DNA of 64,000 nt from Bdellovibrio sp. ZAP7 (GCA_945900755.1 CAMDKS010000009.1:10702-74701), one strand, 5' to 3'. Shown: positions 28,686-38,589, counted from the first letter of the stretch. A program made the numbers and translations. The notes: a model not told the origin generated them from the letters alone.

Positions 28686-29993
28686 TTAGATAATTTTTAA
28701 AATGAGGGCTGCCGCCTTTGCTTTTTCTGACACTTGATAAGACTGTTTAATTCGGTCTGACACCTGTTTGGCCGCAGCCATTGAATCTGCGTGAATGGTC
28801 GCTAAAACGTCACCTTCGCTGACCGGGTCTCCAACCCGCTTGAGATTAGATAGGCCAACCTCCGGGCTAATTTTATCAGTCGATTTACGACGACCGCCCC
28901 CCAATTCCACGATGGCCTGTCCTAGCTCTCTCACATCACACGCGCCAATAAATCCCTTATGAAGGGTCGTCACATCCAACTTGACCTGAGCCTGCGGCAG
29001 TAGACTGGTATTATCCAGCTGCCGAATATCTCCTCCTTGAGCTTTTATGATACGAGAAAACACTTCGAACGCTTTGCCCGAGGCCAGGTACGAGGAGAGG
29101 CGACTTTTCACTTGTTCTTTCACTTCTTTTGGACGAGCCAAAAGCACCATCTCAACCGCCAAATCTACGGAGAGTTCTCGGGTAGAGGCAGCCCCCTTAC
29201 CGCCTTTGAGAATTTCGACACACTCCTCAATCTCAAGACTGTTGCCTGCACGATCTCCAAGGGGACTCCCCATATCAGTGATGGCGCATCGGATATTTAG
29301 TCCTGCGGCTGAGCCAACTGAGGCAATGGACTCGGCCAAGGAAAGTGCGTCAGCCTCAGATTGCATAAATGCACCAGAGCCATATTTAACGTCCATGACG
29401 AGGCAGCCGATACCCTCGGCCAATTTCTTACTTAAAATCGAGGCCGTGATTAGCGGAATGCTCGCAACCGTATCCGTCACATCACGCATCGCATAGAGCT
29501 TCTTATCTAGTGGTGCTATCTCGTCGGTTTGCCCCATGAAGACGCCGCCATTTTCAGCCAGCAACCTTGTCGCTAATTCTGATGTTGGGTACACATTCAT
29601 CCCAGAAATAGACTCCAATTTATCGAGAGTTCCTCCAGTGTGCCCAAGCCCACGCCCTGCAATCGTTGGCACTTTCAATCCTTCGAGCAGGCAAAGCGGC
29701 ATTATGATTAGGCTCGTTTTATCGCCCACCCCACCCGTACTGTGTTTATCGACATGTTCTCTAAGGTTGCCCCCCCAAGTTAAGACCCTACCAGAATCAC
29801 GCATGGTCAGTGTCAACGCGGCGGCCTCATCACGATTCATACCCTTTAAGACGATCGCCATAAGCATCGCAGCGACCTGATAGTCTGCGACTTCGCCCCG
29901 CAGAAAACCACCGAAGAAGGCCTGAATGTCCGAGACTGACAAGGGTTGACCCAGCCGCTTTTTACGAATAATTTCTTGAGGAATAATTGACAT
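28686..29993 (-). CDS. deoA: thymidine (pyrimidine-nucleoside) phosphorylase
   Basis: Collinear with E. coli DeoA: EIIRKKR, VDKHSTGGVGDKTSL, GRGLGHTGGTLDKLESI. Confidence 0.92.
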   Translation of the reverse strand: MSIIPQEIIRKKRLGQPLSVSDIQAFFGGFLRGEVADYQVAAMLMAIVLKGMNRDEAAALTLTMRDSGRVLTWGGNLREHVDKHSTGGVGDKTSLIIMPLCLLEGLKVPTIAGRGLGHTGGTLDKLESISGMNVYPTSELATRLLAENGGVFMGQTDEIAPLDKKLYAMRDVTDTVASIPLITASILSKKLAEGIGCLVMDVKYGSGAFMQSEADALSLAESIASVGSAAGLNIRCAITDMGSPLGDRAGNSLEIEECVEILKGGKGAASTRELSVDLAVEMVLLARPKEVKEQVKSRLSSYLASGKAFEVFSRIIKAQGGDIRQLDNTSLLPQAQVKLDVTTLHKGFIGACDVRELGQAIVELGGGRRKSTDKISPEVGLSNLKRVGDPVSEGDVLATIHADSMAAAKQVSDRIKQSYQVSEKAKAAALILKII

Positions 29994-30197
29994 CTAAGTT
30001 CCTGATATCGCGTACAAATAATACGAACGGTCCATATTTAACGACGTTTTACTAGATCGTGATGCTAGCAGGATTAATGGGAGTATTCGATCCCTCACTA
30101 TAGTCCCCAGGAAGATAATTAAAGAATTCATAAAAACCCTTAAAACCTCGAAATCTATTACAATCTCCATGAAGTTGTTGATAAAACAAATAATTAC

Positions 30198-30227
30198 TTG
30201 ACTTTTCACCCTAAACTGTCGTATATT
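30198..30227 (+). promoter_or_regulatory. sigma-70-type promoter candidate
   Basis: TTGACT-18 nt-TATATT, about 90 nt upstream of ATG 30316. Confidence 0.35.
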
Positions 30228-30315
30228 TCGCGCCTAATTTGGACTTCAATTTCGGTGCCTGCGTAGTGAACAAGAAAAAGTTCTCGATGTAACACAATTC
30301 TTAAGGAGGTTTCTC

Positions 30316-30552
30316 ATGGACTCTGAAACAACAATTACCGAAAATAGCGACAATATCAAAAAACTGCCGCCTTCAGTTGTTAAAGATATTGAATTAAAGA
30401 ACCATGCACGCCGCTTAGCTAGCCTTTCTCAAATTAGAATTAAAGTCCGCTCTTGTATCGCTTGTGGTACCTTTTTTGAATCGGCCGGCAACCGCACCTG
30501 TGGCTGCAATACTCGGAGCACAGGCTTCATTGCTGGTCGCGAAATTATATAA
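30316..30552 (+). CDS. small hypothetical protein with Cys-rich zinc-ribbon-like C-terminus (78 aa)
   Basis: Strong SD AAGGAGG. Four Cys in CIACGTFFESAGNRTCGC. Confidence 0.55.
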   Translation: MDSETTITENSDNIKKLPPSVVKDIELKNHARRLASLSQIRIKVRSCIACGTFFESAGNRTCGCNTRSTGFIAGREII

Positions 30553-30731
30553 TTTCTCGATTGAGATCCTTCTGAGATTTACCTGCAACCTTCAAGCAGA
30601 TAATATCTTAGGGCCCTATTCACACTTTTATTCATTTTGACCAAATCAACTGGGCAAAATATACCTCATGTAAATTTAACAAATTCCGAAAGCCCTTCAA
30701 AGGATAAACCTTTTGAGGAGCTTTAGCTTTT

Positions 30732-31082
30732 ATGGCTGACGAAATTAAATTTGATCGCAAACCGTATACCATCTCCTATATGGACCAAGATGGTAAGCAG
30801 CAAAAGATTCGACGGGTACCGCCCCCGAAGCTTCATGAAGCGCTGCCCACGGACCAAGTTGAGCTGACCCGCAAACACAGTGATTCGTTTGACACCGGTG
30901 ATGTCGTGACAGTAACTAGTATTAATCCACGCCACGCCAATACACTCAAAGTTGAGAATGAGGATGGCCAAACGACCTTTATCAGTTATTTTGAAATGTT
31001 CTTAAAGGATAAAATTGCGGCGCGCAACGGAGTGCTGCCCCAAAATGATCCCGTGCGAAATAAATATCTTCTTTGGCCGTAA
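30732..31082 (+). CDS. hypothetical protein (116 aa)
   Basis: SD GAGGAG before the ATG. No recognisable motif. Confidence 0.55.
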   Translation: MADEIKFDRKPYTISYMDQDGKQQKIRRVPPPKLHEALPTDQVELTRKHSDSFDTGDVVTVTSINPRHANTLKVENEDGQTTFISYFEMFLKDKIAARNGVLPQNDPVRNKYLLWP

Positions 31083-31219
31083 CGTCTAATCACCAGCTTT
31101 AAGCAGGCAACATAATAAAGCAGTGGAAGGGCATATTCCAGCGATTAACCCGCTGTAGGTCAAATACTGCAGTTTTCAGGCGGCTGCTAACAATACTTCG
31201 TCTTCCTCTTCATGCGATA

Positions 31220-32386
31220 TTAATACATCATCCCCAGGGCCCACATGGGAATTTGTTTTCCTGCTGGTAAATCAACGTCATCTCTAATCACAAAATCAGC
31301 GCTTTTGCTTGGTTTGCTTTTACCGCCAATCTCCAATATCAATTTCTCCACTTCAAAATCACCATTTTGTTCGTTTTTACAGGCAAAAATAGACTTCCCT
31401 GCCTGTCTGAACATTGTTGCAACGAAGGCCTCTCTCACGTTTCCAATATCACCGTCCAATGCCGCATACATCGACGGATCGGTAAAAAATATTTTTGCGC
31501 CCTTTCCTGAGGCGTGAAAATCCCGACTATACCGAATGATACTGACTAGACCGACCTGCTCCATCACATCTAGAAGTTGATAAAGCTTTTCCTTACCCAT
31601 CGACCATTGAGTGGCCATTGAATCAATATTTATGGTGGGAATAGATGCTGTCGCTAAAAATCCCACAATTGCATTCATGGCTCGCATATGATTTTCTTGG
31701 ACTTTATGCACATAAAAAGGAATATCAGTATAGATCGATTTTTCAATAATTCCCAAGATGCGTTCTTTATAATCTCCTTCAAGAAAAATGGGGCGAAATC
31801 CTTCGCGTAAGTACTCTTTAAAAAGTCCCATCACATTGCAAGTGGATAGCACAGATTGAAAATCGTCAAGCTTAGCGTTAAAGGGGTCAAAGGAGTCAAA
31901 ATTATTTTCAATTTTTAGTGATAAGTATTCGCGAAAAGAGAGCAAAGGAACTTTAAGCTTGGGGAAGCGGCGACTTAAGTCGCCTACTCCCTGTTGTAAA
32001 GGCAGACTGCTGCTATCGCTTAACCAAATTTTCTTTTTTGGATTGCTATCATAAATCGATTTAGAGTGAAGGCTCCAATTCCTGGAGTGATGAACCTCAT
32101 CAAAAGCGATGCCGTCAAACCCTTCGATGAATGCTGCATCGGCCAACTCAGTAAGCGTTCTGTTTGCAACGAGAGGGCTATCTACGGAAACATAAAGAAT
32201 GTTTTGCCGTTGAGCCGCGACTAAAAGCATAGTTGTTTTTCCAACCCCCCGAGGCCCGACTACCAGTAAACCGCGCTTATCCCCGATCGGATGTTCTCTG
32301 ATAAAGGGCCGCTGCTTTGTTGAGAGTTCTAGGGTCATTCGACGTTGAGTCAGCAATATTTTATTAATTAATTCAGTATCTTGCAT
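31220..32386 (-). CDS. AAA+ ATPase of the COG1373 type with C-terminal PD-(D/E)xK-like motif
   Basis: Walker A GPRGVGKTT, Walker B GIAFDEVHH. C-terminal GDFEVEKLILEIGGKSK resembles D..E.K nuclease-fold cores seen in this family. Distant paralogue of 13623-14873. Confidence 0.85.
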   Translation of the reverse strand: MQDTELINKILLTQRRMTLELSTKQRPFIREHPIGDKRGLLVVGPRGVGKTTMLLVAAQRQNILYVSVDSPLVANRTLTELADAAFIEGFDGIAFDEVHHSRNWSLHSKSIYDSNPKKKIWLSDSSSLPLQQGVGDLSRRFPKLKVPLLSFREYLSLKIENNFDSFDPFNAKLDDFQSVLSTCNVMGLFKEYLREGFRPIFLEGDYKERILGIIEKSIYTDIPFYVHKVQENHMRAMNAIVGFLATASIPTINIDSMATQWSMGKEKLYQLLDVMEQVGLVSIIRYSRDFHASGKGAKIFFTDPSMYAALDGDIGNVREAFVATMFRQAGKSIFACKNEQNGDFEVEKLILEIGGKSKPSKSADFVIRDDVDLPAGKQIPMWALGMMY

Positions 32387-32387
32387 A

Positions 32388-32442
32388 AATCGTTCTCATG
32401 TAGGACGATTATATCATAAAATCGTTCTAGAGGAGAACGATT
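32388..32442 (-). promoter_or_regulatory. extended -10 promoter embedded between two ATCGTT/AACGAT dyads
   Basis: The minus strand reads AATCGTTCT-CCTCT-AGAACGATT, then TTATGATATAAT (TGnTATAAT), overlapping AATCGT-N11-ACGATT, which ends 1 nt (a single T) before ATG 32386. Confidence 0.45.
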
Positions 32443-32751
32443 CTTTTGCGCATTTGCAAATTACTATAATTCTAGATGGGCGTTTACATGGGCCCTAGGA
32501 ACCTAACTCTGGTGTAAAGGAAGAGATGCAAGTGATGGAAGGCCACAAATAGTGTTTTTCTTAGTAGTGCTGGAAAATAATCTCCGTTTGGTGAGTTTGG
32601 CAAATTATGGGCTATAGTGCACACGCTACGGCACCGATTCGGTTAATAGCTGTTGGTAGATCGAGGTCCAAGCGAATCTCAGCCTAAAGAGAACTGTGAT
32701 GCCGGCCGATAGAGTTATCAGTTATCTGAACTTCTAATTTTAGGAAATTTG

Positions 32752-34962
32752 ATGAATTCTGATACTTTCATCGAGATTACCATAGCCACCGCTCGGCGAC
32801 GATGGCGAGTATTGCTAATATTGTGCATGTTAAGCATTCCCTTCACCGTGCTTTCCGTCCGAATGATTCGTTTTGTGTACACCGCTGAGATGAAATTATT
32901 TGCCTTGCCACAGGCCTCTCAAAGTGTTTTGGATAGTAAAACAACTGCGTTAATGTTTGGCGGTGGTGGCGATCGATCGGCGATTCTTACCGGACAGGAT
33001 TCTCTCATTCATTCAATCGCTGTCTTTAACGCCGTTCGTGACGTTGACCCAAGTCTAAACAAGGTTTCTCCTCAAAAAGATTCAAAAATAGCACTACTTG
33101 GAATGTACATTGGAATAATACAGGAATTATTTTTTGGGAAAGATTATGTCCAAATTCGGCAACGCTGGAAAGGTCGAGAATTTGGGATCTTTAAGCAACG
33201 AATGACTGCCATCATTGATATTGATGCCGCAAGTGTGTCTCTCAAATACAAGCACGAAGATCCGACTGTAGCATTGGCGGCAATAAAGGCCGCTTCTGAT
33301 GCGTTGCAACAGATTAACTTGGAGATCTCAAAAGATCAGATTTATAAAAAGGCCGAATTTTTGGCGGGGAAAATTGCGGAGGCGCGCAAGGAAAATGATC
33401 GTATCAGCAGCGAAATTACGACCTTTGTCCGAAAAAACAAGATCTCAAGTGATCCGCGAACGATCGAACCTCGCTATAAGGGTTTATCTGAAGCAAGTGA
33501 AATGGTTATGGCTGCGCAACTTGAAATTTCACAGCGAGAAATGGGTCTTGCCGAGGCAAAACTTGTCTCGACTCGTCTTCAAAGGGAAATTAAAGATGGT
33601 TTACTGAATGATCGAGAAGGACGCCTTAAATCGCTGACCACGGATCTTCGCCAATATGAAAAGGGAATGAGCAAGCTTCCAGATAGCGGCCAGACTAAGG
33701 TTCGACTCGCAGTTAAACGCCAGCTTACGTCTGTGCGGGAGAAAATTGACAAAGAATTCGGCGCTTCCGGCATGAGAATGGATGTGGGCAGCCTACAGAG
33801 CCTGCTCACAAGTAATGAGGCGAGTATTCTCGAACAAGACTCAGGACTTCAAAGTGCTAGAAAGCAATTAGAATTCGGCGGGAAGCTATCTAAAAAATAT
33901 GAGCGGCAATTATCTGATCTGCCGGAGCTCAGCGAAAACCTTGCAAAATTATCCATGGTTCAAGCCCAACAAAGAAAACTTCTCGAGCTTTTGACTCAGC
34001 GATATTTGGAGGCGCAAATTGAAAGTGACACCAAGCTGCCTCTATTTTACGTGACTGAGGGCGCGGCATTGACCGATGGAGACCGCTTAGGCAAGCTCCC
34101 AATGCTAATCGCCGCATTAGTTTTAACATTATTCTTGATTCTTTCGGCTATCGTGCTTTTAGATATTCATCGTGGTGTCATTATCGTTAAACAACAATTG
34201 TCTAAATTTCAGACGCCTCATTTCATTGGATCAATCGCCTTTGAACCAGAATTACGACATCGCAAAGCATATGCTGTCGTAACTGAGATTGGAATAGGCT
34301 TCAGAATGGCACACACTCTAAAAAAATATTTATCAGACCCTGCCGGAGGCGATCGCTGCAAAGTTATTGCAGTCACGTCAAATGGCGCTAAAGTCGGAAA
34401 AACAGTGACCTCGTTGGGAATTGCGACGGCAATTCAGTCAAGTGGCATGAAAACTCTTGTCATTGATGCTGACTATTTTGCAAGTGATCGGGCACTTCGA
34501 AATCAGGGCACGGAGGCATTAAACGTCTGTCGAACAAGGTATGAAATTTCTCAAAATATTCCTACCGTACCAAAAGCTAATCAAAAGACACAAAGGCTCA
34601 CTTTGTGGAGTCTTGTTGAGGAATTTCCGACTGAGGACTCTGTAAATGGCTTTTTTGTTTCTGAGTTTTCATCAACAATCGAGAAATTAAAAGGCTACTA
34701 TGATTGCATTGTGATTGATTGTGCGCCCTGTTTTGTGCCGGCCATGCTGATGGTATATGAGACGGCTGATATCAATATTTTGTGTTTTGCGGAAGGTGCC
34801 TCGACGCTGGCCGATGTCGCTCACGTGACGGAAGTTGTCGGGCCAGCTTGTAAAGATCAGGCAAAACTCCTGTCCGTATTGACGTTGTCGCGTTTAAAAT
34901 CAAATATCGTTGCAGCTAATAGCTCAGATGGTTTGTACTACCGGATTGGTCGTGCGGCGTGA
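32752..34962 (+). CDS. polysaccharide co-polymerase / BY-kinase-like protein (Wzc/GumC type)
   Basis: N-terminal TM plus a long coiled-coil periplasmic region, a second TM (LPMLIAALVLTLFLILSAIVLL), and a C-terminal P-loop domain (VIAVTSNGAKVGKTVTSLG, LVIDADY, VIDCAP). Only two C-terminal Tyr. Confidence 0.8.
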   Translation: MNSDTFIEITIATARRRWRVLLILCMLSIPFTVLSVRMIRFVYTAEMKLFALPQASQSVLDSKTTALMFGGGGDRSAILTGQDSLIHSIAVFNAVRDVDPSLNKVSPQKDSKIALLGMYIGIIQELFFGKDYVQIRQRWKGREFGIFKQRMTAIIDIDAASVSLKYKHEDPTVALAAIKAASDALQQINLEISKDQIYKKAEFLAGKIAEARKENDRISSEITTFVRKNKISSDPRTIEPRYKGLSEASEMVMAAQLEISQREMGLAEAKLVSTRLQREIKDGLLNDREGRLKSLTTDLRQYEKGMSKLPDSGQTKVRLAVKRQLTSVREKIDKEFGASGMRMDVGSLQSLLTSNEASILEQDSGLQSARKQLEFGGKLSKKYERQLSDLPELSENLAKLSMVQAQQRKLLELLTQRYLEAQIESDTKLPLFYVTEGAALTDGDRLGKLPMLIAALVLTLFLILSAIVLLDIHRGVIIVKQQLSKFQTPHFIGSIAFEPELRHRKAYAVVTEIGIGFRMAHTLKKYLSDPAGGDRCKVIAVTSNGAKVGKTVTSLGIATAIQSSGMKTLVIDADYFASDRALRNQGTEALNVCRTRYEISQNIPTVPKANQKTQRLTLWSLVEEFPTEDSVNGFFVSEFSSTIEKLKGYYDCIVIDCAPCFVPAMLMVYETADINILCFAEGASTLADVAHVTEVVGPACKDQAKLLSVLTLSRLKSNIVAANSSDGLYYRIGRAA

Positions 34963-35902
34963 CATTCATAATTTGAAAAATTTTATTGAAAACAATTTCT
35001 ACAGGTGGCCAATCTGAAATTTCTGTATCAGTTAAGTATGCGGGTTTTGGGCGATATCCCAATGGCATAGACGCTGAAACGAGACAGTCAACTTGCGGAG
35101 GCAACCATTCCTGCAAATTCGCAACGTTTGCAATGCTCAAAACACGGCACCTCAAAAATGCCGCCAAGTGCATCGGAGCCGAATCATTCGTAACGACTAA
35201 ACTGTATTTTTGGAGTTCCGACAAAATATTTTCTGTTTGAAGAAAACATGTTGGTTGACGGGACTCTGGTGGTGGATCACCGGGTCCATACCCTAGAACG
35301 ACAGGTATTTGATTGTCACCGAGCATTTCTGCCAAGGGCTCTGTAAATGGGTAAACCTTTGATCTCCATTGTGCGCCCCTATGCAGTAGTACTGTCGGGG
35401 ACTGATTTGGTTGGTTTTGAATTGGTTTATACAGCTCTCTCCACTTCGCGCCATCCAGCTTACAAAGGTCAAGCCACAGTTGGTACCGATTTACGGGCTT
35501 AGTTTTAAAATAGATCAAAACGCTGTTGAGAATTGTCAAACGTCTTGCAGCAAAGCCAAGCCAGCCAGAAAATCTCATTGTCGATGATGGAAACAATTTT
35601 TTGCCGATTAAATAATCTCGAAAATCACCCCGAATAGAGTAAACAGCACTAAAATTTACCGCATGCGGTTGAATCTTTTTTAAGTCGCTCAAAAATAAGC
35701 GGCCATGTCCTCGTTTTGTATAATCTAAGTCTAACGCAACCACTTTCACGTGCGGATAATCGATTAACAATCTTTGAATGAGTTGAGCAAATTTGCTGTT
35801 GATAAAAAGCGATACGGGGATATTCATGCAACGACTCACCGAAGCGGCAATGATTGCATCCCCTAGTGACCAAGGTTCTAAAAATGCGACTTCATCCATC
35901 AC
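34916..35902 (-). CDS. glycosyltransferase family 9 (heptosyltransferase-like)
   Basis: N-terminal EPWSLGDAIIAASV and C-terminal NDSAPMHLAAFL, typical of GT9. Confidence 0.8.
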   Translation of the reverse strand: MMDEVAFLEPWSLGDAIIAASVSRCMNIPVSLFINSKFAQLIQRLLIDYPHVKVVALDLDYTKRGHGRLFLSDLKKIQPHAVNFSAVYSIRGDFRDYLIGKKLFPSSTMRFSGWLGFAARRLTILNSVLIYFKTKPVNRYQLWLDLCKLDGAKWRELYKPIQNQPNQSPTVLLHRGAQWRSKVYPFTEPLAEMLGDNQIPVVLGYGPGDPPPESRQPTCFLQTENILSELQKYSLVVTNDSAPMHLAAFLRCRVLSIANVANLQEWLPPQVDCLVSASMPLGYRPKPAYLTDTEISDWPPVEIVFNKIFQIMNVTPHDQSGSTNHLSY

Positions 35903-35929
35903 TTTGTCCTTTGCATTGCAGTTGGCATA

Positions 35930-37705
35930 CTAGGCGATGATTCTGTTTGCACCAACCGAAAAGTCTCTTTTTTTGACAAATTTTGTAGGCTCATCTTTTT
36001 TGAAAATCAAGACGTCAGTGGCGTGCTCTATGATGGACAAACTATGCGTCGCAATGATTACGGTAATATTTCCGGACAACTTCTCAATACAGCTAATGAA
36101 TTGTTCCTCATTTTGAGCGTCAAGCGCACTCGTTGGCTCGTCCAAAATGAGAATATTGGGACGACTATAAAGAGCGCGCGCCAACGCTAGACGTTGCGCC
36201 TCGCCTCCGGAGATGGAAAGCTTTTCATCAATGACCGTGTGCATTTTTTGTGGCATACGGTTTATGAAATCAAGGGCATTCGCTGATTTCGCACATTCTG
36301 TTGCCCATTCTATGTCAGGATCTAAAGTACTGAAGGCGATGTTTTCTAAGACCGTTCCTTTCATGATGGGTGTATCCTGCAAAACCAAACCAATTTGTTT
36401 GTGCCAAAAGGTCATCGCCACTGCGTCCAAGTCTATTCCATCTATCTGGATGGTGCCCTTCGTTGGTTTAAGAAGTCCCGTTAACAGATCGAACACCGTG
36501 CTTTTCCCAGATCCGGACTCGCCAATCAGGGCGATAAAGGCATTTTTTTTGATTTCGATATTTAAGTTGGTCAAAATATTTTTAAGATTCGGGCCATACC
36601 TAAACGATACGTCGTTAAAACGAATATTATCCGAAAACGCGATCTCAATCGTGCCTTCGTCAAGTTCCGGTGATTCAGTTGCCGATTGGTAGGCGCCATT
36701 CCAAAGTTGTAAAAAAGGAACGGTAGCTAAAGATTTTTGAAAATAAACCTTTGCACCCACCACTTTAGGAATAAGTCGGTATAACATCGCCAAAAAAATC
36801 GAAGCCACACCGAATGTGATGGAATGAAAAACAAGAACGGCAAATAGCACCATTGCAATCGCTAAAAATGCCGACAGGTCTACCAAAACTCTTTGGCGGG
36901 CGAATGCATTTTGGGCTTTATTAAAGTATCCGGTCGATTTTGCTGCTTTTATATTCATCGCACCAGAGAGTGCATTAGCAAAGCCTGAGCTACGGCAGTA
37001 TTTTAGATTTTGAAATATAAAATGGTAACCGCTGCTCAAATCCTCAGACTCTGATCCAAAGGATTGAGCGTTAGTTAACGAGGTTTTAGCCAGATTTTTT
37101 TGGAAGATTTCGCCTGCTGTAAAAAGCACGATAATCGCAAGTAAAAAAAGCGGTGAAATGATTGCTAGCGCTATAATCGACACTGCCGCAGCGAGACTAA
37201 GTCCCAATTGATAAACAAAATCTACGCATCCGTCTGATATTTTTTTGGCACTGGTGGCCAATAAATGGAGGGACTTTCCACTTCCCAAATGGACGTAGGT
37301 TTGCCAGCTAGTTTTTTGAAGCGCCTCTGCTAAGTAGCGCCTAGACTCCTGCTCCAATTTCGCGCGTAGACTTTCAAGCCCAGCTTCGGCCCCCCACTTT
37401 GACATGGAGCAGAATACTCCAAAGAGTAGAAACGCGCCCAAATGGAGAACTATAATTTGCGGTTCATTCAGTGTCATAGCTTTAAGAAAGTCAAGCCACC
37501 GGGTCAACGTTGGGTGTGATTCATGTAATCCTATGGCGATGACGGGATAAAGTGCGAGCATTATTGCCGATTCAAGTAATCCTGTGACGGCTATAAAAAA
37601 GACGTAGGGAAAGGCATTCACCTTCATAAGTTTCAAGAATTTAAAATAAGAAAAAACTCCGTGCCCAAGTTCGCCGGATTCCGTAAATTCTTTATCGATA
37701 TCCAT
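35930..37705 (-). CDS. ABC exporter, fused permease/ATPase (MsbA/PglK-like)
   Basis: Six predicted TM helices, then GESGSGKST, LSGGEAQRLALARAL, LILDEPTSALD. Confidence 0.9.
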   Translation of the reverse strand: MDIDKEFTESGELGHGVFSYFKFLKLMKVNAFPYVFFIAVTGLLESAIMLALYPVIAIGLHESHPTLTRWLDFLKAMTLNEPQIIVLHLGAFLLFGVFCSMSKWGAEAGLESLRAKLEQESRRYLAEALQKTSWQTYVHLGSGKSLHLLATSAKKISDGCVDFVYQLGLSLAAAVSIIALAIISPLFLLAIIVLFTAGEIFQKNLAKTSLTNAQSFGSESEDLSSGYHFIFQNLKYCRSSGFANALSGAMNIKAAKSTGYFNKAQNAFARQRVLVDLSAFLAIAMVLFAVLVFHSITFGVASIFLAMLYRLIPKVVGAKVYFQKSLATVPFLQLWNGAYQSATESPELDEGTIEIAFSDNIRFNDVSFRYGPNLKNILTNLNIEIKKNAFIALIGESGSGKSTVFDLLTGLLKPTKGTIQIDGIDLDAVAMTFWHKQIGLVLQDTPIMKGTVLENIAFSTLDPDIEWATECAKSANALDFINRMPQKMHTVIDEKLSISGGEAQRLALARALYSRPNILILDEPTSALDAQNEEQFISCIEKLSGNITVIIATHSLSIIEHATDVLIFKKDEPTKFVKKRDFSVGANRIIA

Positions 37706-37731
37706 CGGTTTACTTCCCTACAATTGCTGTG

Positions 37732-38589
37732 TCAGATCTGCTGCGAGCCAAATATTTTCTTAGAAATTTTTTGTTTGATAAAATCAATGCTTGCCAACCC
37801 GACAAATTGTGGGCCCAAAACAAGATATCGAAACCAAAGTCGAGATGGTTCAGTAATGAGCCTAAATGCCCATTCTAAACCGTGATCTTGAATCCATGGC
37901 GGCGCTGTCTTCTTTAAACCTGTATTGAAATCAAACGCCGCTCCAACGCCGAGCATCACACACGGCTTTAGATGCGGCCTAATTCGGTGCATGAAGAGAT
38001 CTTGTTTCGGGGTACTCATACCCACCCAGATGACATCTGCTTCTGAATCGTGGATGGTGGCAACGTCTTTCAAAAGTTCGATTTCTGTCAGCGGCCTGAA
38101 CGGCGGCGTAATTGTCCCCACCACATGAGTGCCGAAGGATTTTGTCAGAACCTTAGCGAGTTGCATTGCGACTCCTTCGTTACCGCCATATAAAAAATGC
38201 TTATATTTCCCTTGCGTAATCTTGCAGAATTCGCGCATAAGCTCGGGGCCGTAAACCCTTCGTTTTGTCGGCGAAAGCTTGTGCAGGCGCCCCAGCCAAA
38301 CCAAGGGCATCCCGTCCGGTACGACTAAATCAGCCGTTTGCATGGCCCTACGGACGTCTGAGCTACGATGGGACTCCATCAGACCATGCATGCCCCCTAA
38401 AATGATGTAGCGAGCACAATCCTTTCCTGCTATCCAAGTTTCCATCAATGAAATGACAGAGGAAATTTTGGTAGCCGCGATCTGCACCCCTAACACACTA
38501 AAGCGACGAATGTCCTTGCTGTCGAAATTGGCATTGAGCGCAAGGGATTGGCTGTCAGGAATATTCATTTTCGAGCATCTCGCCATCAC
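37732..38589 (-). CDS. WecG/TagA/CpsF-family glycosyltransferase
   Basis: VVPDGMPLVWL, VGMSTPKQD, LGVGAAFDF. The start may be ATG 38568. Confidence 0.85.
   Translation of the reverse strand: MMARCSKMNIPDSQSLALNANFDSKDIRRFSVLGVQIAATKISSVISLMETWIAGKDCARYIILGGMHGLMESHRSSDVRRAMQTADLVVPDGMPLVWLGRLHKLSPTKRRVYGPELMREFCKITQGKYKHFLYGGNEGVAMQLAKVLTKSFGTHVVGTITPPFRPLTEIELLKDVATIHDSEADVIWVGMSTPKQDLFMHRIRPHLKPCVMLGVGAAFDFNTGLKKTAPPWIQDHGLEWAFRLITEPSRLWFRYLVLGPQFVGLASIDFIKQKISKKIFGSQQI

Noticed and set aside
29994-30209. 71-aa minus-strand ORF upstream of deoA
   Set aside because: It is AT-rich with a low-complexity hydrophobic product and no SD. It overlaps the candidate promoter of the 30316 gene.
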